NCBI RefSeq assembly: GCF_964355755.1
Contig: NC_092679.1
Location: forward strand, 5,920,201 to 5,984,200
From: Antedon mediterranea
Lineage: Eukaryota > Animalia > Echinodermata
DNA: 64,000 bases
Direction: 5' to 3'
In this document: positions 21,688 to 35,400 of the stretch, one piece after another
Layout of the letters: each line of letters opens with the position of its first letter
Position numbering within the stretch: the first letter of the stretch is position 1
Program-made: the position numbers and the translations under genes
Notes under the pieces: model-generated
The model's database searches: none
What the model was told of the DNA's origin: nothing
What the model saw: only the letters and a program-made list of their open reading frames with translations

Positions 21688-24600
21688 TTAAACCATCTTG
21701 AATCTTATTAGGTATTACTAATTAAGTAAAAATTAGTATTAAATATTGAACTTTTTCTATTGATGATTTGTTGAAATAAAATGATAAAACGTAATACTAT
21801 GATAGTATAGTCTGTTTAATTGGTTCAATTGTGTAGAAAAACAGTGACGCTGCGGCGTCACTGACACATGGTAGGCCTGTGTTTATAATCGATTTTTTTT
21901 TAAATGTCCCAAATGTTTTAATATTATTTTCTCAACATGAAATATCACTATAAATGTTGAAAACAAAATACGAACATACGTCAGAAATATTATTTTTTTC
22001 CTTATATTTTTTTCCATACTGCAGGGCTCGGAGAAAACCAATGATACAAAATATTGAACCTAGAGTTGGCCTATAGCAATTAGACAATTGACAATAGGAT
22101 GCTGAGCTAGCTCCGAAGATCAAAGAGTTTATCTGTTGCTTAGTACAGTATTGTTATTATTTGTCGCAGCCAGACATAAGATCAAAGGACTGTTACGAGT
22201 TCCTATCTTGAACAGGCGCGCTCAGTATCCTGTTGTTAACTTGCCTTGATATAGTAAGATGTAAAAAAAGACGCCAAGAGTAAAATAATAAACAAAAACA
22301 TCAAGCAATATTTTCCAAGACATTTTAATTCGGGATTGCAATATATTTTCTTCCATAAAATATTTTCTCTGTGGTATTTTAACAAAATACAAACTAGCGG
22401 TACTACACGTTACGTAAATGCAATCATTCTACTTAGATCTACAACAGAGTTAAAATAACATAATTCAGAATCTCACTTTGAAATCAACGCAATTAAACAA
22501 AATACACAATGTTAATTACCCATGGTACTTAAAAGCTACAAGAACGAGGCAAGCCAGTGACACACGCAACGAAAAGACGAAGTAGACGCGCGCGTAAAAA
22601 ATATGATAATTGTTATCAACATTTGAACGCGCGCATCAGAGAGTGTCGCGCCTCTTTTCTGTTCAATTTCTTTTCATCATCGTCAGTCATAACTAAAAAA
22701 GGGATTAAATGTATATTACGTGTATATTAGTCTTCTGTTATTTATTATTATTATTATTATCATTATTATTCTCGTGGAGCGCTTTTCGATTGAGTGTTGT
22801 AATAGACCTGTCTATAAGCATTGGCGCAACTTACGACGTCACTATTCTCTCGCAATCGTTATTATTTATGACGTCATTATTCTTCAACAATATTCATTGC
22901 AAATAGAGAGGTATACAAAATAGAAAACTAGTTAAAACTCCTATTAAACCCATGACGCAATGAGTTGTTTTACCAGCCCTTCCATTACAATAAGACTTCA
23001 GTATTACCGTCAATTTGTCAATTAAATATGAATTATGTTTTGGTCATACAATGAAACTGACGTATGGGTTTGAAATTATTCCTTCGCTTTTAAAAACACA
23101 ATTCTTTCATAATTTATTATTACTTGTCAATAAAGTAAAACCCATTGGTAATATTAACTCACACCTCGATATGACGAATGAGAATACATGAAACAGTTCA
23201 CAAACAACACAAGGATACGTCACGATTTGGGTGCAAACATGGCCGTAACAATTGGTGTGATAACAGTGACGTAACAATTTGTGTGAAAACAGTGACGTAT
23301 CAATTCATGTAAAAACAATGATGACGAATTAAAAACAAAACAGTTGTGTGTATGTATAGTGGGTGTACCATCATGAATAGGTTGTAATGAACATGACATG
23401 AAAATTGGAGTTAAATTACAACATTTCGAAGGCATAACTTTTCAACATAATAATTTGCTCTGTTATATATAAACCTAAAATGGAAAAAAAAAATAAGAAT
23501 ACGATAATAATTATACTGTAATAGTTCATTATACAAACGCACAGTATATGTCTTAGAAAGAAAATGACTAAATCATCAAAACATATTGGCAATAATGATA
23601 TAGACAGGGGGTGTATATTTGGCGATATGTTCTATGTGGTCCCGTCCTATGAATACACGATTAAATATCTACATCATTTAGGACAGTAGTAAAATATTTA
23701 TCTTTTAATATTTAATTTTTTTTCCATTACATTATACCACAATCTAGGACAAAATGACAGAAAGACAATAAAAATGAAAAACAATTTACAAGAAAATTAT
23801 AATAAAATAGTTTTCTTGAAGTTAGCCGAGGTAATGATTCCATGTGTGGATTATTGAGGCTAGATTACCATTATTAATATTAATTAATGTACAGGACAAT
23901 AATAATATTATGATGAATAAAATCATATTGCACAGCTTTCGTGCATTTATTCCCATCATATAGAGGTTAGCAAATTACTTCAGCACAGAGATATAACGCT
24001 AGAAATATACTTTTTAATTCACTAGCAAACCTTTGCTAGTTGTAAAAAATCTAGGAAAATGAGCAACTTAACTAGCAAGCAAATGTTTCTGAAAATTCAA
24101 CTTTTTGTCAAATTAAGCCTCTGCTAGACTAAAAAGTAACTGTTTTTGCATAAATTACAACCAGCAAACATTAGCAAGATTCGACATTTTCCAACAATAA
24201 TCTATATTACAATAAAATCTATAATCAAATTGCTTGGGTGGATTTTAATCCCTCTACTGTGTACTATACCTTTTAATTCAAAATTATGGTATATCAAAAT
24301 GAAAAGAAATAGAAAATGTTTAAAAAAGTTGATTTTTTCCATGATACAAATGGGATACTGTATTATGGAATTTTCCTATGATACTGGTAAAATACTGTTG
24401 TTTGTGAAGATACGGCACTGAGAATCTGGTGGAATGGTATAGTACAAACAATACTGATAATATTGGTCCGATACCAAATTTTGAAAAATTCAATGGTTCT
24501 ATTTGCCTTAAGCTCTGTCTACACTAGTTTTGACAAAAAAAAGTGTGATGTGACCGTGGTAGTGATATGACATCATTGTGTCCACACACATGACATTATT

Positions 24601-25417
24601 TTGTCACATACAGTTTGATATTAAGTGTAAACAGAGCTTCACATTTACAAATGTGCCTACAAATACATCAATAGTTACAATATGGACATTTGAAAATTGG
24701 TTATGCAATAACAGAAACATACATTATTATTTAAATCAGATTTGATTTTAAAACCTCAAAATCATATCAAAAGATGCATTGATACCTCTGTTGTTACTTT
24801 TTAACACAGTATAATCCCACCAATTTTGGAGTGGGCCTATAACCGAGGACCAAAATATGAGTCCGCATATAGCATGAAAACAACTTCAGCTTAGAGACCA
24901 TGTAAAAATTATTCTACTAAAATTAATTATTAATTATATAGAAAGCTTTTTTGGGGGTAAAAAAGAAACAAATAAGAAAATCATTCGTTACTGCAGTAAA
25001 AATGTTTAGTTACTGCAGTAACTGTTGTAGAATAATTTTGACCAATTACATATTTCACCGCCAGTCAACTTTTAATGATATTAATTAAAATAATAAATAT
25101 ACCAAGTACAGTACTATCAAATTACATTATGTATCAAAAATTCTTATAGTTCAATTGCAAATGTATATAAACTCATATGGTAATAAACATCATCTAATCA
25201 CATATTTTAAAATTTACTTTTCTAATTTAATAAGTCTAGAAAAATGTCTAAAATAATTTCATTATATTACTACCAGCCAGTACCATGACATGGAAATATT
25301 TTATGTTTAATAATCTAATATTTTAATAGATCCTCCTTATAAGTTTTGATAGAATATGATGTTTTTGACGATAAAAACAAATGTAATTATGTAAGGTAGT
25401 ATGAGAGCACCAGACAT

Positions 25418-25568
25418 CATGTACCCCTTTCACATGGCATATTGCCGGGTGTACACAATGTACCCCTTTCACATGGTGTATTCCCGGGGATACACAATGT
25501 ACCCCTTTCACATGGTGTATTCCCGGGTGTACACAATGTACCCCTTTCACGTGGTGTATTCCCGGGTG
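25418..25568. repeat. 39-bp tandem repeat, ~4 copies
   Basis: Unit ATGTACCCCTTTCACATGGTGTATTCCCGGGTGTACACA. Confidence 0.9.
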
Positions 25569-26407
25569 TGTGTAAACCCAGAGTTTCGCTATGTAAAAGG
25601 AACAAGAGTGTATGTTTCATTTAACATACTATTATTAATATAACCAATGAATAATCCTAAAAAGACTTTCTTTAATTAAAGAACTCTCAAGTTGTCACTA
25701 TAGTAGAACTATTAAGGGGACACCCAACAAAGTCTCTGTAATAGGGGTTGAATGTAGTGGTAATAGTAATAAACATATTGTTCCTTGGTCATGTCATGGA
25801 AAATGTGTAGAAGTGTGCTACTGTACCTCTGTATCTTACCATAATTTGTAAGTCAAGGTAAAATTTAAGAGTTTTGGTACAAATTTGTTTCCAATTAAAG
25901 ACAAAAATGTAATAAAGTTTTTTATACAACATTCTGATAAACGTTTATGTGATAAGTGTTTGAAAAGCCCTTTAATGAAACCATGTATATTCTGAGATAT
26001 CCTAAACCTAGAGGGACGCTACACAATGAACTCTCCCGAAACTGGACCACCTTGGGCTGGCCCATATTTTTCAAAATAACCGTAAGAGTATAGGGATGAA
26101 TTTGGGAATTTTTAATCAAAGTGAAATTTATCAGGATTTTTTTGTTTCTGTATTCTTGTCTACATGTATATTGTGTTCTTAAATTGGAGGGAGCCCTCAA
26201 TCATCCAAATAACTACAAAGTGACATTCTAAACATTATTATTTTGAAAACTCATTAACAATGTTCTTATCGTTCATCAATTAATATTAATCAAACTTGGT
26301 TCTAAAATTCAGCTTTCTCCAGTCATCTGCAACATGTCAAAACCATCCAAATTATCATGGAATAGTTTTAGTGAGCACCAAAGGTCATTACCCCCCACCC
26401 TTTATAA

Positions 26408-29400
26408 TCACTGAGATGGAAGAACATCTTTAATAGACTGGGGCACTCGTTCTATGTAGAAGTCATGTTTTCGATATGCTGCCACCACTCCGCCAGTGTT
26501 CATGTGTTTTATGTCTTTGTCGTATCTATACACGTTTCCATGTACATCCGTTAGTTTACCTGTAATAAAAGAATAAATCTTTTAATTCTTTCATTTATTT
26601 TATTTTCAATATTAATTATCATAAGTAGTACACAGTGCAATTCATATCAATTTAATTGAGTTTGAGTATTAAGTAAAATTTATCAAAGACGTCACATACT
26701 CTGAATCTGGCTAATCATATTGTTTGTACTTATAATCAAAGTAAGAGATTCTCATAGTATCGCGACGACGTCACGCTTTACAACTCAGTAAGCATCTTTC
26801 TATGACATTTAACCTTTAACCGCGTGATACAATTAGTAACAGACTTTTAACGAGTTCAACTAAATAATGAATGATCAGAGAACTTGTCGCGCATTGTAAC
26901 CAATCGCTGAAGACATCCCACATATGAGGTATGACATCACAGCCTTAATCCCCCGTCCTATCTTTATCACTAACTTGTGAAGGCAGTGTAACGCTTCCCG
27001 ATATTTCAATCAATCTTTTATCTTTTTTGTAGAATTAGAACATAACACATTGAGAAAGTTCCACAGGGAATTTTATAGCAACAATTTAAAGTATTCTTAT
27101 CATTAATTGATTGTATTCAATTTAAAACTATTTATTTAAGCTTGTAGATATTGACCAAATATGGATATTGACCAAATGTGGACATATAAACATCTTTTAC
27201 ATCAGAACTTCTGTTTTTTTTGTGTAAATTTAAAATTAAAAGTCACATTTATGATGAAATATAGTTTTGACAATTGTCATAGTAAAATATCATAAAATAA
27301 AGTATAAATTGTGAATACTGCAAGTAGATTGTCATCTTAATCTAAATGACATTTTAAGAACTTGAAAACATATGGAGTGGATTTAAGTTGTGTAGTAATT
27401 TTCACACTAAACCTACTGTGTAATGACTCTTAAAGAGTAATCAAGTATTTCAGATATTGTCAATACAAGATAAATGTATTAGAATGTGCTATTCTAAACC
27501 AGTTATAAAACAAACAGAAATTAAATACATTTGAATTTCATAATGGTTTTGAATTGTATTGTCTGTTGAAAGAAAATAAAGAATTTCCAAGATTATTATA
27601 AAGCAAGTTTATCGGACCTGTTTTAAACTTAAATTAATTTTAATGTAGTTTAAATTTAAAAACAATATTGAACCTGCAGTTATAGACCCCACCTAGGGTA
27701 TAATTAAGCGAGTGAGTGGTCAAGCGGTTAAGACAGTGGAACCGTAATTACGTAGCCATAACATCGGCAAGGGTTCGAGGCTCACTCGCTCCATGGTTCT
27801 GGTAGTAGAACGAGTCTTCTCGGATAAGGACTATAAACCGTAGGTCCAGTGTACAAATAGCTCATGCGCACTTTAAAGAACCTAGTACATCTTTCGAGAC
27901 GAGTAGGGGCTTACCCCGGTGTACTAGTCCACACAAACACAGCCACTGTCACACACAGCCACTGTGCAAATTGGGACTGGACCGTTTTAGAGGTGTTTAC
28001 CACTTGTTGGTCCAGATCCTTCACTAACTGAGTTAGTGAGAAGTCAAATAAATAAAAATTAAAAAAATAAATAAATAATAATAATTCATACATTAATTAA
28101 ATAATTAGAAAGAATACAATAATCAATGCGTCTCAGTTGTTTTTTTTTCCCTCTAATTTTGAATCTGTTTTTGTAGGATAGGATAGTCAGACTTCAAAGC
28201 GCTGGAGAGCGAGCAGGAAAATGTTTCCTTTGCTTCATATTTTGTTTATTCTAAAGATATTCCATGGACTTTTTTTGGGTGTGTATAAAGTACTTTAAAA
28301 TGTTTAGGTGCTATAAAGACAAAATTAGTATAGCCACTCCTTAAGACTATGGCCACCACCAAAGAACTTATAACACAAGAATCTCCTGTTCGTCCGAAGC
28401 GTGTAACAATTTCGAAAGGCATTGTGGGATAGAATAGAGCTAATGGGTGGCGCCATTGTGAGCCATGGAGTAGGGCGCCCGCATCAAATTAGAAAGTCAA
28501 AATTATAGAGAGGATCTGCTAATACTCTAGGGGGGGGGGGGGGGGGTAGAGTAATTGACTTCCTAGTTTGGAGGGGGCGCTGCTCCATGCTGTGAAATGG
28601 CGTCGCCCAGTTTGACCTTTTAACCCTGTACTTCCGATACTGTGTTTTGAATGCAAATTGAAGAACAGGAGATTCTTGTGTTATAAGTTCTTTGCCACCA
28701 CCTATTTAGGGGACACTGAAGGGTTGTTTATATTTTGCTTACCTCCAACAGCTTGAAGTAGAGCCTCTGGTGCACATGTATCCCATTTCTTACAACCCAT
28801 ACTAGCAAATATGTAGGCACTTACACGTCCTTCTAACACAAGCAGTACCTATAAGAAAAAATCAAGTATATGTTGATCTTTCACTTGGAAGTAAAGAGAA
28901 ATATGTGACGAAGATTTGAACTCAGAAGGCTAGGAATAAAGCAAACATGTCAAATATGTGACAAAAATTCCAAACTTCTTGATTTGTCACAAAAGTTCCA
29001 AACTTCTTCATTTGTCACAAAAGTTCCAAATTTTGTGATTTGTCACAAAAATTCTGAATATCCTAATTTGTCATAAATGTTTAAAATGTCCTGATTTGTT
29101 ACAAAGGTTCCAAATTTGTCACAAAGGTTCCAAAATTTGTCACAAAGGTTTAACATTTCCTGAGTAGTTAGTTACAAAGGATCCAAATTTCCTGATTTGT
29201 CACAAAGGATCCAAATTTCCTGATTTGTCACAAAGGTTCCAAATTTCTTAAATGTTCTTAAATTTATAGTGTTGACTGTACTAACCTTATGGCCTGCACC
29301 ACCAACTCGTAGAACCTCATCAGGTTCCATCGCTGCTAGGGTTTCTTGTACCGCTTCTGTACCATGTGATCTTGTGGTCGTTAAGATCCTTTTACCTTGT

Positions 29401-32400
29401 GTTTGGTCTTTGTGTTCAAAACCAAATGCACCTAAACCAACAACACCCCACATCGTCCGGCCAACATACAATTGGGTTTCGGTATCAAACTTGTAAAATG
29501 GTTGGTGAATCACACCCCCTACTGGCTTGCCGTTTACAGCAACACCAATCAATACTGTGACATGGTCCAAGTATTTTGTACCTGTGTGGCGGGAAAAAAT
29601 AATTTTATTTGGTAAGTGTACAGGATAATGTAAAAGATACAATTTATCAAGGGGTGCTTATTACAAAGGGTGTTTATTACAAGGGGTGTTTTATCAAGGG
29701 GTGCTTATTACAAAGGGTGTTTTATCAAGGGGTGCTTATTACAAAGGGTGTTTATTACAAGGGGTGTTTTATCAAGGGGTTTTATTACAAGGGGTGTTTC
29801 ATCAAGGGGTGTTTATTACAAAGGGTGTTTTATCAAGGGGTGTTTTATCAAGGGGGGTTTATTACAAGGAGTGTTTTATCAAGGGGTGTTTATTTCAAAG
29901 GGTTTTTATTACAAAGGGTGTTTTATCAAGGGGTGTTTTATCAAGGGGAGTTTATCCCAAGGGGTGCTTTATCAAGGGGTGTTTTATCAACGTGTGTTTA
30001 TTACAAAGGGTGTTTATTACAAGGGTGTTTACAAAGGGTGTTTTATCAAGGAGTGTTTTATCAAGGGGTGTTTATTACAAAGGGTGTTTTATCAAGGGGT
30101 GTTTTATCAAGGGGTGTTTATTACAAAGGGTGTTTTATCAAGGGGTGTTTTATCAAGGGGTGCTTTATTACAAGGGGTGCTTTATCAAGGGGTGTTTATT
30201 ACAAGGGGTGTTTATTACAAGGGGTGTTTATTACAAGGGGTGTTTACAATTACAAGGGGTGCTTTATCAAGGGGTGTTTATTACAAGGGGTGTTTATTAC
30301 AAGGGATATTTTATCAAGGGATGTTTATTACAAGGGATGCTTTATGAAGGAGTGTTTATCACAAGGGGTGCTTTATGAAAATACAATAAAAAGTCCTAAA
30401 CCTTCAGTAAATTCCTTGGTACCATCCAGAGGGTCGACCCATATAACAACCTGAAAAAATACATCAAAAATAATTTTTAAAGTAAGATCATAACAGATCA
30501 AAATAATTTGACAAATTTAGGGATGGTTAATAATAATGTCATCAGCGTGGTATTTCAATACTAATAATACTTATAATCTAAATATAAACAGATAAAAGAA
30601 ATAACCAATACTTAGTATCATTGTCCATCTTTTCAGAAACAAATATACATCCATAACGGTACTTGATATTATAGATAAACAAATAAATTAAAGCATTAAT
30701 TTTTTTAATTCATTCATGACATCAATGTACAATGTTTTGATTATTTTGTTCATCACATATGTTATTTCTCAAGTAATGATGTCAGAGGGTTTTTACAAAA
30801 ACAAAACGAAATTGTCGTAAACAACATGACGACGATAATAACAAACGCGATTAATTTGCAAATTAACAATTTTAATCAAAAATGTCTTTAACTTGTCAAA
30901 TTGTTTCGTAAAACATTATCAACAAACAAGAAAATTAAAATAAATCATTTTGCAATTGCATACATGATGTCATACGGTAGATAACTTATCAATGAATGTT
31001 CTATTTTCATGTTATTATGTCTCATGAACTTTATGACCTTTTAAGGTGTCAAGGTTAGTATTGTACAAACTACTAAAAATGGTACAAACATTTTATTGAA
31101 AATAGTTCATAATTCATCGTTCTAACCTTTACTTTTTCATATTTTTAGATTTTTACTTTTTGCTATTGGGGTTCCAGTTGACTAGTATCTTCTTTATGAA
31201 TTTTTCAGGTAAATCTTTTTTTTTTAAATCCGTTTTTTCTCACGCAATCAAAGTGAAACTACTGTGACATACAAACATTTTTAGGTGACAATATATTTAT
31301 TTATTGTCATTACTAAATACTATTTTTCCTCTCTCTTTTACTATGGATATATTATGTCACCATGGTATTCCGAAATAAAAACATGAATGAATGAATATTG
31401 CATAACGTACCGTAGAAAACATCATACTTGTATGATATCGTCATGGCAATGTATTACAAGTTTAATGTTACATAACACATTACATACAGTAAAGGTGGCA
31501 ATCAACTAAATTCTCCAACAAGATAAAATTTCAAATTAACTACCAACAAACACTCAATTCGATACAGCATTTAAACTGCAACGTTTATTAATAGCAATTC
31601 AATTTGAAGGCGTGCCATACGATATTTATGATTTCCTATCAAGATCAAATCAAATGATGTTAGATTATGTTAAAAATACTGTAAACCCTCAAATAACGTC
31701 AACCCTTTAGTCGTAACCATTAAAAGGCGATCAAGGTATTTTTAACTTAAAAGCACCCTGGATACGAAAATAAACGATCTAAATTTAGATTTGTATTACG
31801 TATGAGAGCATCAATCAAGATAAACTACGAGTCGTTGACGGAAGCTAAAAGCATTGTTTTAGGTTCTGTGTTGTTACAAATCAGCAAAATAATAAAAACA
31901 AACATCTACATTACTCATCATTTCTAAAAATGTTTAAATTCGATAGTATATCTTCTTCCGTAAAAAAAAGTCTTCATTTGGTTTGTGGTTGTAATTAGTA
32001 ATGATACTGCTTTTTACTTTTTACTATTAAGAGGTCTACCACCAAATTGTACCAGAAACCAGATACATGTAATTTATTATATATATTAATTATGTATGTC
32101 TCAATTGCACTGACAGTACTTAGAGCTTATTAAGAATGGGGATGTCACAAAGTATTAAGAAAATATTTTAAAAATCGAAATAATCAAAAATATTTTTACT
32201 GTATACAGGTAGTTATAAATATTGGTAAATAAAAGAATAAAAGATATTTATTTTACTGGATACTAATGTTTGGATTACAAAAAGAAAGTTGAGAATGTTT
32301 CAACATTAATTGGTGATTAACAAACTACTAATCTTACTTAGTGTAATTGGTTCTTACCAGGGAAGAGTTAATAACTCTTCCCTGGTTCTTAGGTATGTCA

Positions 32401-35400
32401 TACTGTAGAAACAGAACATGTGTATGACATGGCAAAGTGGCATTTATCAAAAAAAAAATCATGGTTTTTAAAAGGAATCTGTAATTTGGTAACTACAGAA
32501 CTCTGTTGCATGTGATAAAAATAAAATGAATATCAAATGAATAATGTTTATTATACTGTAGTAGGAGACAATACAAATATTTATAAAGGACTTTGAACAT
32601 TTAAGTAAACGTAGAAATGATAATATTGCTGTTTAAAGTTTGTTTAAGTAATGCAATGTCATACAGTATAGACAATTGTACAAATATGCATGGTACAGTA
32701 GAAAGGAAATGCTAATCTTGGTGTTGAAACCGTGACGGTATCACCAATGGCCATTTTACACTATTGGTATTACTTTGATTTAACATGATGTAGCTAGAAA
32801 TAAAGTAAAAAAATATTTTTTTGGTGTACAGATCGCGAAATAAGCATAGGTACTAATGTAATGTTTTATTGTACTGTATGTTCACTGGTATTTATTTTTT
32901 ATTTGAATACAATATTTAATAATGGTGGTCCATCCAGCCAAAATTGAACATTATTGACTCTCAGTCTCAGAAATGTATTCCAATGGTTTATAATAAATGC
33001 TTTTGCACTAATATTTAAACATCAAAATACCACTAAAGGCAAGTACTATAAAATATAAAATTGATGTATATAGTAATACTACTATCAATTCTGTTTTGCC
33101 TTTCCCCTTTTTTCTAAGAATTTTACCATACCCCAATGACTTCTATCAATACATGCCAACAAATTCAATACATCTGATTTTGAACCTTTAAAAAATATAA
33201 TTGTTTTTTATTGATTTTTTTATGTATTATTGTTGTGTTAGTTTAGTTGTACATACAGTATGTACGTGATACAGTAAAAGATGATAGAGTATTTGCGGTT
33301 ATACTTTTCAAGGAACTCACAATACTCGGCAATGAATGAACCCGCAAACATTTGAATACATTTAAAAATAAAACAACATCAGCTGCTCATCTTTTTTTCA
33401 ATCTAGATACTGTGTTTGTGCCTACACGTTTGAAAAATAATTAGGGTGGAATTTCAGGAATTGGCATGATGCTTAGACATTTTTTTAAACATTTGAGGGG
33501 AGATTTAAGACAATATCATCTTCTCACCTTTCGTTGAATACAAAAATTAATCAATTATCTGGGGTGAAACTCTTACTTGGAAATGAACGGGCTACTGTGT
33601 GAAGACTCCATCAGACAATGGCTGTCAATTACACCTCAACATATATATATATATATATATATATAGAAACTTGGACAATTAAATGTCAGCATTGTGTTTT
33701 ATATTCTCTGTTATTAACCAACATCACATAGTTTCAAAGAATCCGGTTAGATATAAACGGAAATATCTCTCGATTTAAAATAAAGAGCTAATCTCTAGAA
33801 AATTTGAAGAGATTCTTACGTCTTCCATTTTGACATCTTTCAGCGCCTCAGGGCAAACAGATTTGTCAACCTCTTCCGAGAAACCGTTTTCTATAAGATT
33901 TTCATCTATCTGTTCTTCTTTAGGTAACTCCTAAAAGATAAAAGATGACATTAGAAAGAGAGATCAATTTGCAACGGTTCCACATTGCAGACGACAGACT
34001 CTATTTCCATCTTATTATTTTTATTGTCAATAGCCAAGTTTATAAACCATTTAGTTTTTAAATTATATTGCAATTATTGAATTAACAGTTAGTAAAGTTC
34101 ACTACAGTATATTAAAACGTGTAGCTAGGGTTTAGTCCATTCAGAAAATGTTAACAGTAGTTATTATCTTTGCTTCCTTAAAATATTACATTTTCTGTTG
34201 TAGTTTTGTTTGTTAGTACAATACCACCTTTTGTACATATTCAGTACAGACACTATCAACAGGATCAAAATTATTGCTAATCACCCATGTGGATAGAAGA
34301 GGTCAAACCCATCCTTATCGTGATAATACATGACCTTTAGCCCAAATTTATTTACCGCTTTACAGCTATTGAAAACCCGAAAGAACTACCAGTATCTATA
34401 TTTACTTTTCGTGTCATCAAAATTTCTATTCAATAGCTATAAAAGCAAGTCATTATTGAGCAATATCATTAAATCATGTAAAATCTATGAGAGAAAAAAA
34501 AACAAACTGTAGTTAGCTACGAAATTGATTACAATTATCTGGTTTCACAATTAAACGTTAAAGTAGATAGTTATGATTCTAAATTTTATTCACCAATGGA
34601 ATTTTGGCAGACTACTGTAGATTATTCATATCTGGCTGCAGCGGCGTATAATCCTAGTGTAACTACAGTAATGTACAAATTATCTTTATTGGAATAGAAC
34701 AATTACTAAAGCACAAAAAATACTAGTTTAATGCACGGTTCTCAGAAACTTTGTGAAGTTTTTAAGAGACAAATTTAAACAGTTTGTCTCGCGGATACAA
34801 TTACCAACAGTCACGGCCAGTCCTATGTAAAGATCCCGAAGCAAACATAACACTATCGCCTACTTTTCTAAGACTTTGATTTTAAGCGGCAAGAAATGCT
34901 TGTAATTGGTAGGATTTAGCTTAAGACCATGAGATTGCAAGGCAATCTTTTCATCTAATTTTCCTGTCACCAGGCATTTAGGTTTTTATCAGGAAAGATT
35001 TGTTTGTGGTAAAACTCAATGACAGAATCTAACACTTGTATCAACTGAAACGTCTTTACTTTAAATGATTTAAACTTTACACTACTTTTGACACCTTTAT
35101 ACAGTAATATTATAACAGAAAAACAACCATACTATTATAACACAAAAGGCTGTGTGATTTAAAGAACAAATATAGGGCAGAGAAGTATTGCCTATACAGG
35201 GGCAAATATTTGGAACCGTTTGCCTGAAAACATAAAGTGTGAAACTAAAATTGGAAATTTAAAAAAAGAAATACAAAAACTAGTAATAAATAACTTTTGT
35301 TACTTTTCATTTCTATTTGATATTTTTACTTTTATTGTTTTATTTGCTAATTAGAACCGTTCATTATGATTTAGATTAAACTTATAGAAATATTCTTTTA

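Noticed and set aside
25323-25643. Four overlapping ORFs and a CRISPR-like periodicity
   Set aside because: This is a head-to-tail 39-bp tandem repeat with no unique spacers and no cas genes, in a eukaryotic context.
27707-27793. Real tRNA gene
   Set aside because: The cloverleaf is imperfect and is directly followed by a SINE central domain and tail.
29609-30454. Three overlapping 225-281 aa ORFs
   Set aside because: They are translations of a stop-free minisatellite in BPNT1 intron 4, on the opposite strand.
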